Assembly (NCBI GenBank): GCA_026025075.1
Contig: JAPEUI010000125.1
Location: forward strand, 1 to 45,884
Length of the DNA: 45,884 nucleotides
Source: Vezdaea acicularis
Taxonomy: Eukaryota
Reading direction: 5' to 3'
Part shown: positions 35,427 to 45,884 of the stretch, one piece after another
How positions within the stretch are numbered: the first letter of the stretch is position 1
Layout of the letters: every line of letters starts with the position of its first letter
Notes under the pieces: generated by a model
The model's input: the letters and a program-made list of their open reading frames with translations, nothing else
What the model was told of the DNA's origin: nothing
Database searches by the model: none
Translations under genes and position numbers: made by a program

Positions 35427-36222
35427 CCCAAAGCAAGAAATATACAGGGCTTCGCAGTAAGAATTTTCGGTGCAGGGAATAAAGAGCAAGACGAGACAAG
35501 GAATTCAGAGGTAGGATGTTTCTTTGAAGTCATGGCAACCCCATAGCACGAAGAGCCATCATATTTATATGGATCATTCATCTCGAAGGAAGGAAATGCG
35601 AAGTTAGGTGGCTTAAATCCTTTGATTCAGTAGTACTAAATAGGAAATCTGCCTTGCAGGAATACCTACCAAAGCCTCTTGCGACAATTGAGTTGAGCCG
35701 ACCAATGTTAAGAAGAGTGGTAAAAGTAAGGCATGATAGTTTGTCAGAAATTTCTGGTTAGAGACAGGCGCAGGAAGACAGGCGCAGGAATGCCCACTTC
35801 AGCACTTCGTTTTTAGCCTGAAGCAATGGAGCAACGACTCATCCAATAGGTAAATTATAACGTCGGAAAGGGCAGTCGAAACTAAATTTATCTTCTCCTA
35901 GATGAGACACGAGCTATTTCAGTCCTACGAAACTTGTCGCTTGCTTTTCGCAGCGTCTACATGCGCGTCGCAGTTTAGTTCGGACCCATAGAGCGGAGGC
36001 GCCCGTTGTTTCCCACTTCGCAATTGTGAGGCGAGACGGACTGGCACTGTTTCGTTGGACTATTGACCTTAAAGGTATTGGATCAATTGTGGTTTGTTAA
36101 GAAGTCTTGCGATGCTCATTAGTGTATGTGTCTCTGTTCGTGAGGCAAATTGCAGATAGCTCGCCGGTAAAGTCACTGTGATCTTTTGGAAATTTTGGCC
36201 AGGACAAGACACATCCCGAAAG

Positions 36223-38240
36223 CTACCTATAGCTCTCATCTTCATCATTAGCTTCATCGCCGGCTTCATTCATCCCGCCACCATCTCTTTCTGTAAACTC
36301 GCAGAAGCGACCCCCGCTTTCTACCCCAAGGCTATGCATTATACCATCCCAAACTTTCTCGACCTCCTCAACACAGTTGTTCCGTAGCGCTAGCTCCAAT
36401 GACGGAAGTGGGAAGGAAAAGAGGGGACTCGATGGGTAAGAGCCGTCCATGGCGTCAGGGGTTGAGAAAGAGGTTAGGCTGGACGGCAAAATACCGTGTT
36501 GGGTATAGCTTAAGGTATAGAGGATTTGAGGTGTAGGCGCTGATGAGGATGGTGTGTTGGGGCGAGGGTAAGTTTTGGAGTCACTGTCTGCGATCTGTGA
36601 CGATGGCAGGGAGGTAAGAAGGGCAGAGATGGCATTAGAAATATATAGCGCGCCTGCTGGCGATTTGAGGGTAGTTGTCGCGTACAGAATGCCTTCGTAG
36701 AAACGCTGTTAGCCCATGGTCAAGACAAGAAGTAGAGAATTGGAAAGCGTAATAGGATAGTCAGATTGTCAGAGGTATGTTTATCTTCAATGAAGTTAAG
36801 ACAATGTAGATAAGTATTCAATAAGTTGTATCATCATTTTGCTCAGAAATGGGAGGTTTCTTAGAAAGGGGGAGCCAGAATCCTTACATTGTCCTCGAGG
36901 GCATTCGCCCGTATCGCTGTTGTGCACCAGAATATTGACTGGAGGTAGAGGCCCGTCGTGGATTTCTAGAGCCGAGGTTGGGGCCTTAATACTCCCTCCC
37001 GGAAAGACGACAACTGCAACTGCCGGTGCAGGCGCTCCTTCCGCAGTTACCGGGAAGAGAGACGAGAGTGGTGACGAAATGATTGAGATGCTCTTGACAA
37101 CTGTAATGTGGTTGTCCGCAGCTTGTGTGCCGTGCTGAGGTAAGTCGTGTGTAGAGCCAACCACTACACGCGCTTTGACCTTCTCTCCGCCTTCAAGCTC
37201 TACTTCATGTAGCGACTTTGAGGGTCCATCTCCAACGGAATCCAGGCTTGGGCATATGGCGGAAATTCCACGACCCAGCACGTATACTCCACCCCCAACG
37301 GCTCCAGCTCTGCATGCCACCTGCGCGATCTCAGCATTTCCACCCCATTTAGCGACCACTGCGCCGAATCCAGGACCGAAAGTGCCGATCGATCTAAGAT
37401 GTATCGCGATACGCGGTATGGCGACGCAGACAGGCACGTTCTTGGTGGAGTTGGGCGTAAGCGTCAGCGCAAGAAGGGATTCATGAAGTTCAGCCGGCAG
37501 TTCGAATTGCTCTGTAAGGAATTCCGTAAATGGTTGCACGGCGTGATCGACCCAGATATCATCGTCCGAGTTGTATGCGACGAGAAGCTTGAGAAATCTC
37601 ATCAAAGCTCGCTTGGTGCGTCGGTCAATACTCTTGTCGTTAAAGACGTCCTCACGCCCGTTAGGGACTCGTTGGAGTGAGGCTCTCTGTTCCGAGGACC
37701 TTGTGGGCTTATAGAGCCACCAGGTCCCAACGGCAAGAAATTCGAGCTGACGGTAAATCTGAGAAGATATCAGAGTGCGAAGTATCAAAGATGAATCAGC
37801 GTATATAAGGGCTGGCGACAGAGCAAGAGTGTACGCTCGTGAAAAGGAAAGCTTTGATGTTTGGCCTAGTGAAGCACTTTCGTCTTGAAGAGGCGTAGTG
37901 ACGCTGGCCTCTGAGAAGGGTGATCGAAAGGCGCCTAGGTCACAATAAGCACATCTCATCGAAATGCGGGAAGTGAAATTGCCTTTGTTGACTACCCTCA
38001 CCCATTCTCCGGCTTCCTGGAGACTAAGTCCGGCGTCTGATCCACCGTAGTAATCATTCTTATCCACATGAAGGACCCGTTTTCCAGAACGTGAGAGTGC
38101 TCTTCGTCATTTGCTGTCTGGTCAGAATAGTCCGACACTAGGCTCAGGTATAATAAATATGCTTACAAGGCGAGTAGTGATTGCTGGAGCCCAGTGCCAG
38201 AGATTAGCACATCCCATACTTGCTCACCAAGACTCTCCAT
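36223..38240 (-). CDS. MRS6: Rab escort protein (Rab geranylgeranyltransferase component A)
   Basis: Introns 38102-38166 and 36693-36887. [92 protein letters not shown] and GECPRGQCILYA mark the GDI/REP family. Confidence 0.92.
36765..36841 (-). ncRNA. Intronic box C/D snoRNA, probable snR62/SNORD34 homolog guiding LSU rRNA 2'-O-methylation
   Basis: Lies in the unusually long (195-nt) MRS6 intron 2. Box C ATGATGA (36837-36831), box D CTGA (36772-36769), D'-like CTTA (36800-36797) preceded by the guide TTATCTACATTGT, complementary to the conserved LSU rRNA segment ACAAUGUAGAUAA. Confidence 0.75.
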
Positions 38241-38809
38241 GTTGCATGCTAGTGGGCTTCCGCATGTTGATTGACGCGTGAAGTGTGGAAAAACTTGAAA
38301 GCTTTGTGTTCTGCTTCCTCGATTTAATGCTTAGTCATTCAAAAACACCGACATCAGAATTTTTCGGAACGAAAGCCATCCTACCATTTTCTGCACCGCC
38401 TCTTCACAGCAATTCGGATTTCTCTCGTTTTGACGTTGCTCGATGACAGACTGTTCAATCAATCTTGTCTCCAAGGGGCGGGAGAGAATCTTGACTTAGT
38501 CGTCTAGTATCTACTGCTCTGGAATTTAAAACCTGAAAGATGCGGTTTGTCACGGACGGTACACATATTAGGCAGCATCCTTGACTATGAACGTTACAGA
38601 GCCAGCTTCTATCTTCAAATGCCCTTATGGAAGCTTAATCGAAAAGGTATTCGATCTGTACTGCTACTGTATATAGTATGAACACAAGGGGCGTCAGCCT
38701 TTAAAGTCGACAAAAGGGGACGGGTTGACTAGGCAAACGCAATGAGGTCTTTCCGTCATACGATTTTCATGGATCTCCATGGGACGGCCAGGGATCTAAT
38801 TCCGCGTAT

Positions 38810-39409
38810 TCATAGAGCTTCAACGTCATCTTCTACAATTCGTGCCCTTAAAATTCTTACTTCCTCCACGGGCCTGTCTGCTTCTCCCGTCCTAACGAGC
38901 CCCATCCTTTGTACTATTCTCAACCCTGACTTCACCCTTCCGAAGATAGTATGCTTTCCGTCAAGCCATGGAGTCGGAGCAAGTGTAATGAAGAATTGAC
39001 TGCCATTGGTATTCGGGCCACTGTTCGCCATGCTAAGAATGCCCGCGCCTGTATGTTTCAAAGAGGGGTGAATCTCATCCTCAAACTTCTCGCCGTAAAT
39101 CGAGCTACCCCCTCGGCCGGTGCCAGTAGGATCGCCTGTTTGCACCATAAAGTTGGGGATTATTCGGTGAAATAAGCAGTTGTTGTAGTAACCTCGCTGT
39201 GCTAGGGAATAGAAGTTTTTGCACGTCTGCAATTATGTCAATATGCTGCAATCTAATTGAAATACACTAAGAGTCTCGAGTACCCGTGGAGCATGATCAT
39301 GATAAAGCTCCACAATAATAGAACCCTACACCCAAGGTCAGTGATCGTAAAGCTACAACGGATGCTTGTGGCTTACCATGGTCGTATCAAGCAAAATATT
39401 TTGAGTCAT
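38810..39409 (-). CDS. PPIL1: Cyclophilin-type peptidyl-prolyl isomerase-like 1 (spliceosomal PPIL1)
   Basis: Three exons: [11 protein letters not shown] / [14 protein letters not shown] / [80 protein letters not shown]. Confidence 0.93.
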
Positions 39410-39654
39410 CTTGATTGAAGAAATTGCTAGATTACATGCGGCATTCAGCTTTAGGTCGATGGTCTTGCATATATTAAATTCGCGAAATCATAAGCATCAC
39501 TAAGACAACATTTCTTGAAACATGTACTCAAGCACCAACAACCTAGCCTTTGTAAGTTTTAACTGCACAATGGGATGTCGCAGCAACACCGCGCTTTATT
39601 CTCTAACTAACAGTTCTGTTCTTCTTAGGCTACGTGCTCAACGAGGTGCCCCCA

Positions 39655-41545
39655 ATGACTACCTTAATTGGAGCGACAAATGCGCCGGGCCCAGTCGCTG
39701 AGGTACTGGGTAAGCTTGCCTTCGAGTTCACCAGAGTTCAGCCTCTACTTCCAACATACTTGCATCTCTTAGTATCCGCCCTCTTTCCCATCTATATCGG
39801 CGCGCATGCGTCTCTATCTTGTCCAAGCTCGGCGCAGCCTTTCAAGGCCAACAAGAAACCTAGCGAAGAAGAGGATGATGTTGTGGAAGACGAAAGAAAA
39901 TTGGAAGGGCTTACACCCGGGGATGCAATAATATTTCCATTGACGGCAGGGCTTACGTTAGCGGGGCTATACGTCATTATAAAATGGCTTCACTATCCTG
40001 CACTTCTCAACATGATACTCAATGGATACTTCTCCTTTTTGGGTATTTTTTCTGTTGGAAAGCTCTTAGGGGACTTCTTCAACGTTCTTACATCCTTTGT
40101 CTTTCCATCTGCATGGCGAGATGGTGAGTGTATATGGCAGGTGAAGAACAGCGAGAGAAGAGTCATTGCGATCCGACACGAAGAAGCGCTGCCCCGTACG
40201 AGTAGCTCGCCGCTTCCTGGGCGGTTAGCAGGTATCAGACTATCACCAAGGATTACGGACCGGCTATGGATTCTACGTTCACTGCTCACGGAGAAGTGGA
40301 CTTTTCAAGCAAAAATGCGAGGGTCATCGCTCTTCCGAATGAAGTTCGGCGTCAGTGACATCTTCGGCCTCATGATTGGCTTCTTCGCGGTTGTGCTCTA
40401 CAACCTGTTCAGCAAGGCTTGGTGGCTAACGAACCTCATGGGGTTTGGATTTTCTTACGGCGCGCTGCAGCTCCTATCACCAACAACGTTCTGGACCGGT
40501 ACGCTGATCCTTGGGGCCTTGTTTTTTTACGACATCTACTTTGTTTTTTTTACGTGAGTCCACGTATTTTGAATTGTCTATAGATCTCACATTAACCATT
40601 GGCACCTACAGGCCTCTCATGGTCACTGTGGCTATGTCTCTTGATGTCCCGATCAAGTTGCTCTTTCCTCGACCCCCAGCAGCCGACCAAAATCCTGATA
40701 AGCTGGCGCTATCTATGCTCGGACTTGGCGACGTAGTCTTGCCAGGCTTGTTGATTGGGCTTGCATTACGTTTTGACCTTTTCCTCTTTTATCTTCACAA
40801 GGAAGTGCAAACCCATGCGTCTGAAGCTGGTTCTCATTCTCTTGGTGACGAGGGCTTATCAAAACTTACAGTGGACGATCATAAGCCTGTATACTATACA
40901 GCGACGGGCAATTTTGGGGAGCGCTATTGGCTAAGTGCGGCTCTGTACGGGCCGAAAAAGGATATATATAGGAATGCGCCGCGTTCACTTCTTGGCGGCA
41001 ATTTTCCAAAGCCTTATTTCACTGCTAGCATGGTAGGTTATACGCTTGGAATGCTGACTACGCTCGGAGTAATGGAGTTCAGCCAATCCGCTCAACCTGC
41101 GTTACTCTATCTTGCTCCAGGGGTACTTGTTGCAATTTGGGGCACGGCATACATCCGTGGCGATATTGCATATATGTGGGGTTTTGTGGATGGTGTGCAA
41201 GAGGGGGAGAAAAATGATAGAGACCCTTCTCCCAGTGCAAAAGTAGGCATCTTACATGATGTAAAGTCCACAGATACAACGCCCGAGAAGGGGTCCGCTA
41301 AGGCATCAAACTCAAAACGTCGAGAGATCTTTTCGATCAGCATCATAGCTCCCAAGGTCTCGGGTCTAGAGGAATCGCTTGTTGAAAAGATTGAGGCACC
41401 GCGTGATGCTGCTGAGCACGAAGTGGTGGACAACCAATCGGGCATAGAAAGGAATGATGCGAAGAGCACAGGCCTAGAGACGGACTTCCCATCCGCGACC
41501 CAAAGAGACGGTTCGCCTGTAGAGAAACGACGTCGGAAGGAGTGA
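39655..41545 (+). CDS. Signal peptide peptidase (GxGD aspartyl intramembrane protease, family A22B)
   Basis: Intron 40554-40611. Catalytic FYDIYFVF and LGLGD motifs, QPALLY, and multiple TM segments. Confidence 0.93.
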
Positions 41546-42297
41546 GATGCCATAGCAAATATAGTTGGGGTGTTAAAGTATTCTTTCCTAGGTATAAACT
41601 CTGCATAAAGGCGAAAAGTCATAATGAAGGCGTTCGGACCTTTCTAAACGCTCGAGCATAAAGTCGGGCCGCTCCATCTAAAGTTCCATAGACCCGGCTC
41701 TTACCGTGCAGGCCAGCATCCCGAAGAATGGTTGCTCTTCCCGTTCACCAATGATATCCCTCGCTCCTGAGCATGATCCCTACTGGAACCATGCAACGCG
41801 AATCCTTCGCTACCGTTATACAGATTCGATAAATCCGCAAGCCGTCCAACGCCGTCCATCACTGGAATTCTGGTTATCATAAGCTCTACCACCGAGCTTC
41901 AAGGTTAGATCCAAGCAAGGATTTTCAACAGACCGCTTAGAACTGCTTGTCTCTGACGTCCAGCCCTGAGCTCGTGACCTGTGGCTTGACGCGATATTGG
42001 GAGTTCTCTTCATACTTTTACCCGTATGGTCAGAATATCGGACCAATCCCTCGTGTATGCAAGCATACCATAGAATCAAATATCACCGTCTGCTTGTTCT
42101 GGGTTCTTTATATTTCCTATTCAGGCAAGAGAAATGAAACTTGAGGCGTTCTCTAATCCAGCGTGGCTCGGGTATACCCCGCTGTTGGGGCCATATATAG
42201 TATTATATATGTCCTAGGCAACGCTCCTTGTCTCCTGCTTGCGCGCTGGTGCTATTTGCTTTTAGTTCCGCAACCCAATCATCGTTCATTCTTTTCC

Positions 42298-44368
42298 ATG
42301 ATGAAAAGCTCGTCCCTTTCGCGAACCCTCACCATGGGAATCGCCTTGGTGGTAGCAGGAGCTCACGCTCATTCCCCACGATGGCCGGCCGATTACTGCT
42401 ATAATGACAACGTCTTACGAGAACTTGAGAACCCGAAACATAGCGCTTCGGCATTCTGTAGTAGTTTCCTAGCTACTACATCCGTTCTTCTGCCCACATA
42501 TCTGACCCAGTACTCTACAACAACTGAGCGGGTAAGCTCTGCTTGCAGCTGTTTCTTCAAGACGACAGCGACAAATCCAACGTCGACTACCTCGATATCT
42601 TCAACTTCGGGTACATCACCTTCGAAGTCGAGCTCAACGACTCCTGGAAGTCCTACGTGTACTGGAGGAGCAACCGTCACGTATGTCTGATACAATCTCA
42701 ATTTATAGCAAGCAGTTAATCCCACTTCAGGGTCACGGATGCCACTACAGCAACAATTACGTGAGTGCACCTTTGATGGGAAACAGAGTATAGGGGCTAA
42801 AGTGTCATAGGCAGACAAATACTGTCTCTTCGTGCACATTGTCGTCGTGCACTGCAAGTGCTACAGAAGGGACTGTCACGTACGTTTCATAAGACATGTA
42901 ATCCATGGTCGAGCTAAATCTCGCACAGAGTGACAAACACGGTCTCTTCATGTACTGCAACAACAGCAGGCACTACCGTCACGTAAGCCGTGCAAATCTT
43001 AGGCTCGACGAAGGAAGCTGATCATGATACAGGATAACGGATACGGTCACCGCGGTATCCACGTAAGTCACGCCACGGTGATGTTAACACATAGCTAAAG
43101 CTTTACAGCGCGACGAGTACTTGCCCGACTGCCAGCACGGTGACGGTCACATACACAGTCACTTCTCCACTGACGTATCTTTCCCCCCCACTCCCCTCTC
43201 CATCCCCACAAGATACCTTGCCCAAGTTAACTTCCAAAGGACAACCGTTACCTTTCCGGTAGTCAGCACGGTGACGGTCCCATACACAGTCACTTCTCCA
43301 CTGACGTATCTTTCCCCCCCACTCCCCTCTCCATCCCCACAAGATACCTTGCCCAAGTTAACTTCCAAAGGACAACCGTTACCTTTCCGGTAGTCAGCAC
43401 GGTGACGGTCCCATACACAGTCACTTCTCCACTGACGTATCTTTCCCCCCCACTCCCCTCTCCATCCCCACAAGATACCTTGCCCAAGTTAACTTCCAAA
43501 GGGCAACCGTTACCTTTCCGGTAGTCAGCACGGTGACGGTCACAGACGTCACCACCATCACGGCCCCCACCAGCACCTGCCCCAGCCCTAGCACCCTGAC
43601 TATAACGTGCGTCCTCTCCAACCTCTTTCAACCCTTCCAGCTAACCTACTCCAGGACCACTAACTCACCAAGCACCTGCATCCCCACCACTGCTTCTGTG
43701 ACGTACCAAAACCCTCCCCCTATCACTCAGCCCCGACCCATCTGACCCTCCCCAGTGTGACCCAGCCCTGCACAAGCAGCACCGCCGCCTGCGTCCTCGG
43801 AAAAGAAGACCTCGTGAACGGCGGTTTCGAAAACGGCCTCGCGCCATGGACCCTCCAAACCGCCCTACCCAACGTCGGCCTAACCAGCGTCACCACCCCC
43901 TCCGACCCGACCGTCGCCCACAGCGGCTCCAGATACCTGTACGCCCCCTTTCTATTCCCTCTCCACATCCCCACCCTTTCCCCAACCCCCAAACTTACCC
44001 CCTCCCGCAGCCGCCTCGACTTCCTGAACGACCAAACCAGCAGCGCAACCGGTTCCAACGCGCTCATCACGCAATCCATCACGCTCCCCAGCGTCAACAG
44101 CTGGTACCGCGTGACCGGGTACGCCAAATCCGACACGCCCATCTCGCGGTTCAGCATCTGCATCGACGTCGACCAGTGCAACACCGCCTTCCTCAATACC
44201 GTCTGGACGCCGATCAGCTTCACCGTGCTGAGTAGCACCGAAGTGGCGGATTTGCAGGTCGTGGTCAGACTGGAGTTTTTTACGGGGAGTGACGCTCCCG
44301 TGGGGACGAGTTATATCGAGGTCGATGATTTGGATGTCCATTGCACAGATAGTGATGTGGGGTTGTGA
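42298..44368 (+). CDS. Secreted Ser/Thr-rich modular protein (12 exons) with N-terminal Cys motif and C-terminal CBM4/9-like beta-sandwich
   Basis: Signal peptide, then CYNDNVLR..ASAFCSSFL..RVSSACSCF, then a Thr-rich stalk built from small exons. Introns start at 42681, 42761, 42880, 42983, 43063, 43175, 43306, 43437, 43607, 43703 and 43939. The C-terminal domain begins LVNGGFENGLAPW and ends IEVDDL. Confidence 0.8.
43133..43541 (+). repeat. Near-identical 131-bp tandem repeat (66-nt exon + 65-nt intron) x3 plus partial
   Basis: Units start at 43133, 43264, 43395 and (partial) 43526, with only isolated substitutions between them. Confidence 0.95.
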
Positions 44369-45268
44369 GGAGGGGTCTGAAGCTGGTAAGGGGGGTGGGG
44401 GAAAAAGGAGAGGTGGGGAAGTGGGCCGTATATTTCCCGGCTTTTGATAGTTCTCCTATCTATCCATCCATCCATCTATCTCTCTCCCTCTCCCATCGCA
44501 TACCCACATCAAGCTGCCAAAACCCCCTATTGTCCCGTCGCCAGAAACCATACGTACCAAGCCCCCACGCCAAACCAGCACAACCCCGCACAACCACAAC
44601 CGGAACAGGCCTTTCAATCACCGTCCAAGACGAATTCTCGGCTAACCCAACGCTCCTCCAAACGTCGAGTATTCTGTCTACAGACCTATAAACCGCCTCA
44701 TACTACTCCCCAACCGTTTTTTCATGGTGGAAGATGACGCGTCCTGTAGCGTCCCTTCTCTCGTCTCGTCCCATCTTCTCTCCTGTACTGGTGTAGCTGC
44801 GGATCCCACTACACTTCCGGACCAGACTCCTTGGATACTATGGTGGGGGTGACGCTCGATATATTCATTGATATCGGCGGGAAAGGCCGGGGGGTTAGAG
44901 GAGTGTGGACGCATTATCGAGAGTATGAGATAGAAGGTGGGGGTAGGGGGCTCGCTTGTCGAAGCTGCAAGGTAAGAGGGAGGGAGTGGAGCGGAGTCAC
45001 ATGGGGCTTGATTTTTTTGGGAGGACTAAGACGGAGGTGCAGGCGAAGAGGAGATAGGATTATATATTTTATATCTCTAAGAGCCGAATCATAAGGTCGC
45101 GCTGGGTATAACAGATAACAGAAAAAAAAGGGGGGGGGGGAGGACAGCTCCCGCGGTGTCCAACCATTGAGCCGAAATGACAGAAAAAAACAGAATGGAG
45201 CCCTCTAAACGCCGTGAAAGCCCGCCATGATGACCGCTACAGCAGAGAAATAGGAGAGAGGAAGAGAG

Positions 45269-45322
45269 GGAGGACCGGTCGGGGGAGGAGGAGGACCGGT
45301 CGGGGGAGGAGGTGGACCGGTC
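45269..45322. repeat. Short G-rich tandem repeat (21-bp unit GGAGGACCGGTCGGGGGAGGA, ~2.5 copies)
   Basis: Directly visible downstream of the terminal reductase gene. Confidence 0.7.
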
Positions 45323-45398
45323 ATGCGATGAGTATGTACACGATGAGGAAAGTTTTTTGTAGAAGAAAAAAGGGGAGGACCAAGACAAAAGATTCGTT

Positions 45399-45884
45399 TC
45401 AAATGGCGTAATTCTCGGTATGCAAAAAGATCTCATCCTTGTCCGGATTGCTCCAGACGTCTCGCTGGAGGGAGGCGACGGTGCGCTGAACGTCCTCGCG
45501 CATGCCAGGCGGGCCACAGACGAAGATGGCGGTGCGGCGACCAAAGCCCTTGGAGAAGTCGCGGAGCATATACGGGATGTCCGGGCGGCCGTACTCGGTG
45601 GACCAGCCCTCGTCCTTCTTGACGGCGGGGCCGAAGGCGAAGCGCATGAGGTTCTTCTGGAAGAGGGTGGGGGTGGAGGGGAAGCCGAATTCGAAGGCGG
45701 GGGGTTGGGGGATGGGAGGTTGCGTGATGGGCAGGTCGGTGCGGATGGGTGGTGGAGGCGGGATGGCGCGGTGGTTGGAGATTTGCAGGCTCAGCGAGGG
45801 CTTTTGCCGCGTGTGTGCGGGTTGGGGCGGTTTGGGTTGCGGGAGGGCGGCGATGGTGTCTTGGTTCTCGGCGCGCAGCTCCTT
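45399..45884 (-). CDS. 3' end of a second FRE/NOX-family metalloreductase (truncated by window edge)
   Basis: Ends ..EYGRPDIP..TAIFVCGPPGMREDVQRTVASLQ..EIFLHTENYAI*, a ferric-reductase NAD-binding C-terminus. The frame appears open to the window end. Confidence 0.8.
   Translation of the reverse strand, partial: KELRAENQDTIAALPQPKPPQPAHTRQKPSLSLQISNHRAIPPPPPIRTDLPITQPPIPQPPAFEFGFPSTPTLFQKNLMRFAFGPAVKKDEGWSTEYGRPDIPYMLRDFSKGFGRRTAIFVCGPPGMREDVQRTVASLQRDVWSNPDKDEIFLHTENYAI

Noticed and set aside
35763..35790. 14-bp direct duplication GACAGGCGCAGGAA x2
   Set aside because: Simple local slippage duplication with no further structure.
44369..45398. ORFs and G/C-skewed, homopolymer-rich sequence near the window end
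   Set aside because: Low-complexity intergenic or UTR sequence between convergent genes. The ORFs are compositional artefacts and it contains no telomeric repeats.

Overview
Gene-dense eukaryotic DNA from a filamentous ascomycete (Pezizomycotina-type: short GT-AG introns with CTRAC branch points). After manual splicing there are about 20 protein-coding genes. Most are housekeeping: an EutQ-like cupin missed by the ORF track, a Zn2Cys6 transcription factor, SPC25, RRN6, EGD1/BTF3, a Nup53-type nucleoporin, FMP46, CNL1, GUT2, an MFS transporter, MRS6/REP, PPIL1 cyclophilin and signal peptide peptidase. The main functional unit is a compact three-gene copper-acquisition-like cluster (15.3-19.8 kb): a metalloreductase with a Met/His-rich N-terminus, a Ctr copper transporter, and a GPI-anchored BIM1/X325-like His-brace protein, with Mac1-like promoter motifs. 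Other notable structures are a 1-nt microexon in EGD1; a box C/D snoRNA in an MRS6 intron; a diverged 177-bp tandem amplification of the RRN6 3' end; a pair of inverted impala/mimp-like mini-MITEs; a Fot1/pogo transposase relic; an SDR pseudogene; two possibly related ~55-bp minisatellite arrays; a secreted protein resembling beta-pore-forming toxins; and a secreted Thr-rich gene whose 11 introns are all phase 2, including a recent exon+intron triplication. All calls come from reading the sequence by eye. No database searches were run.
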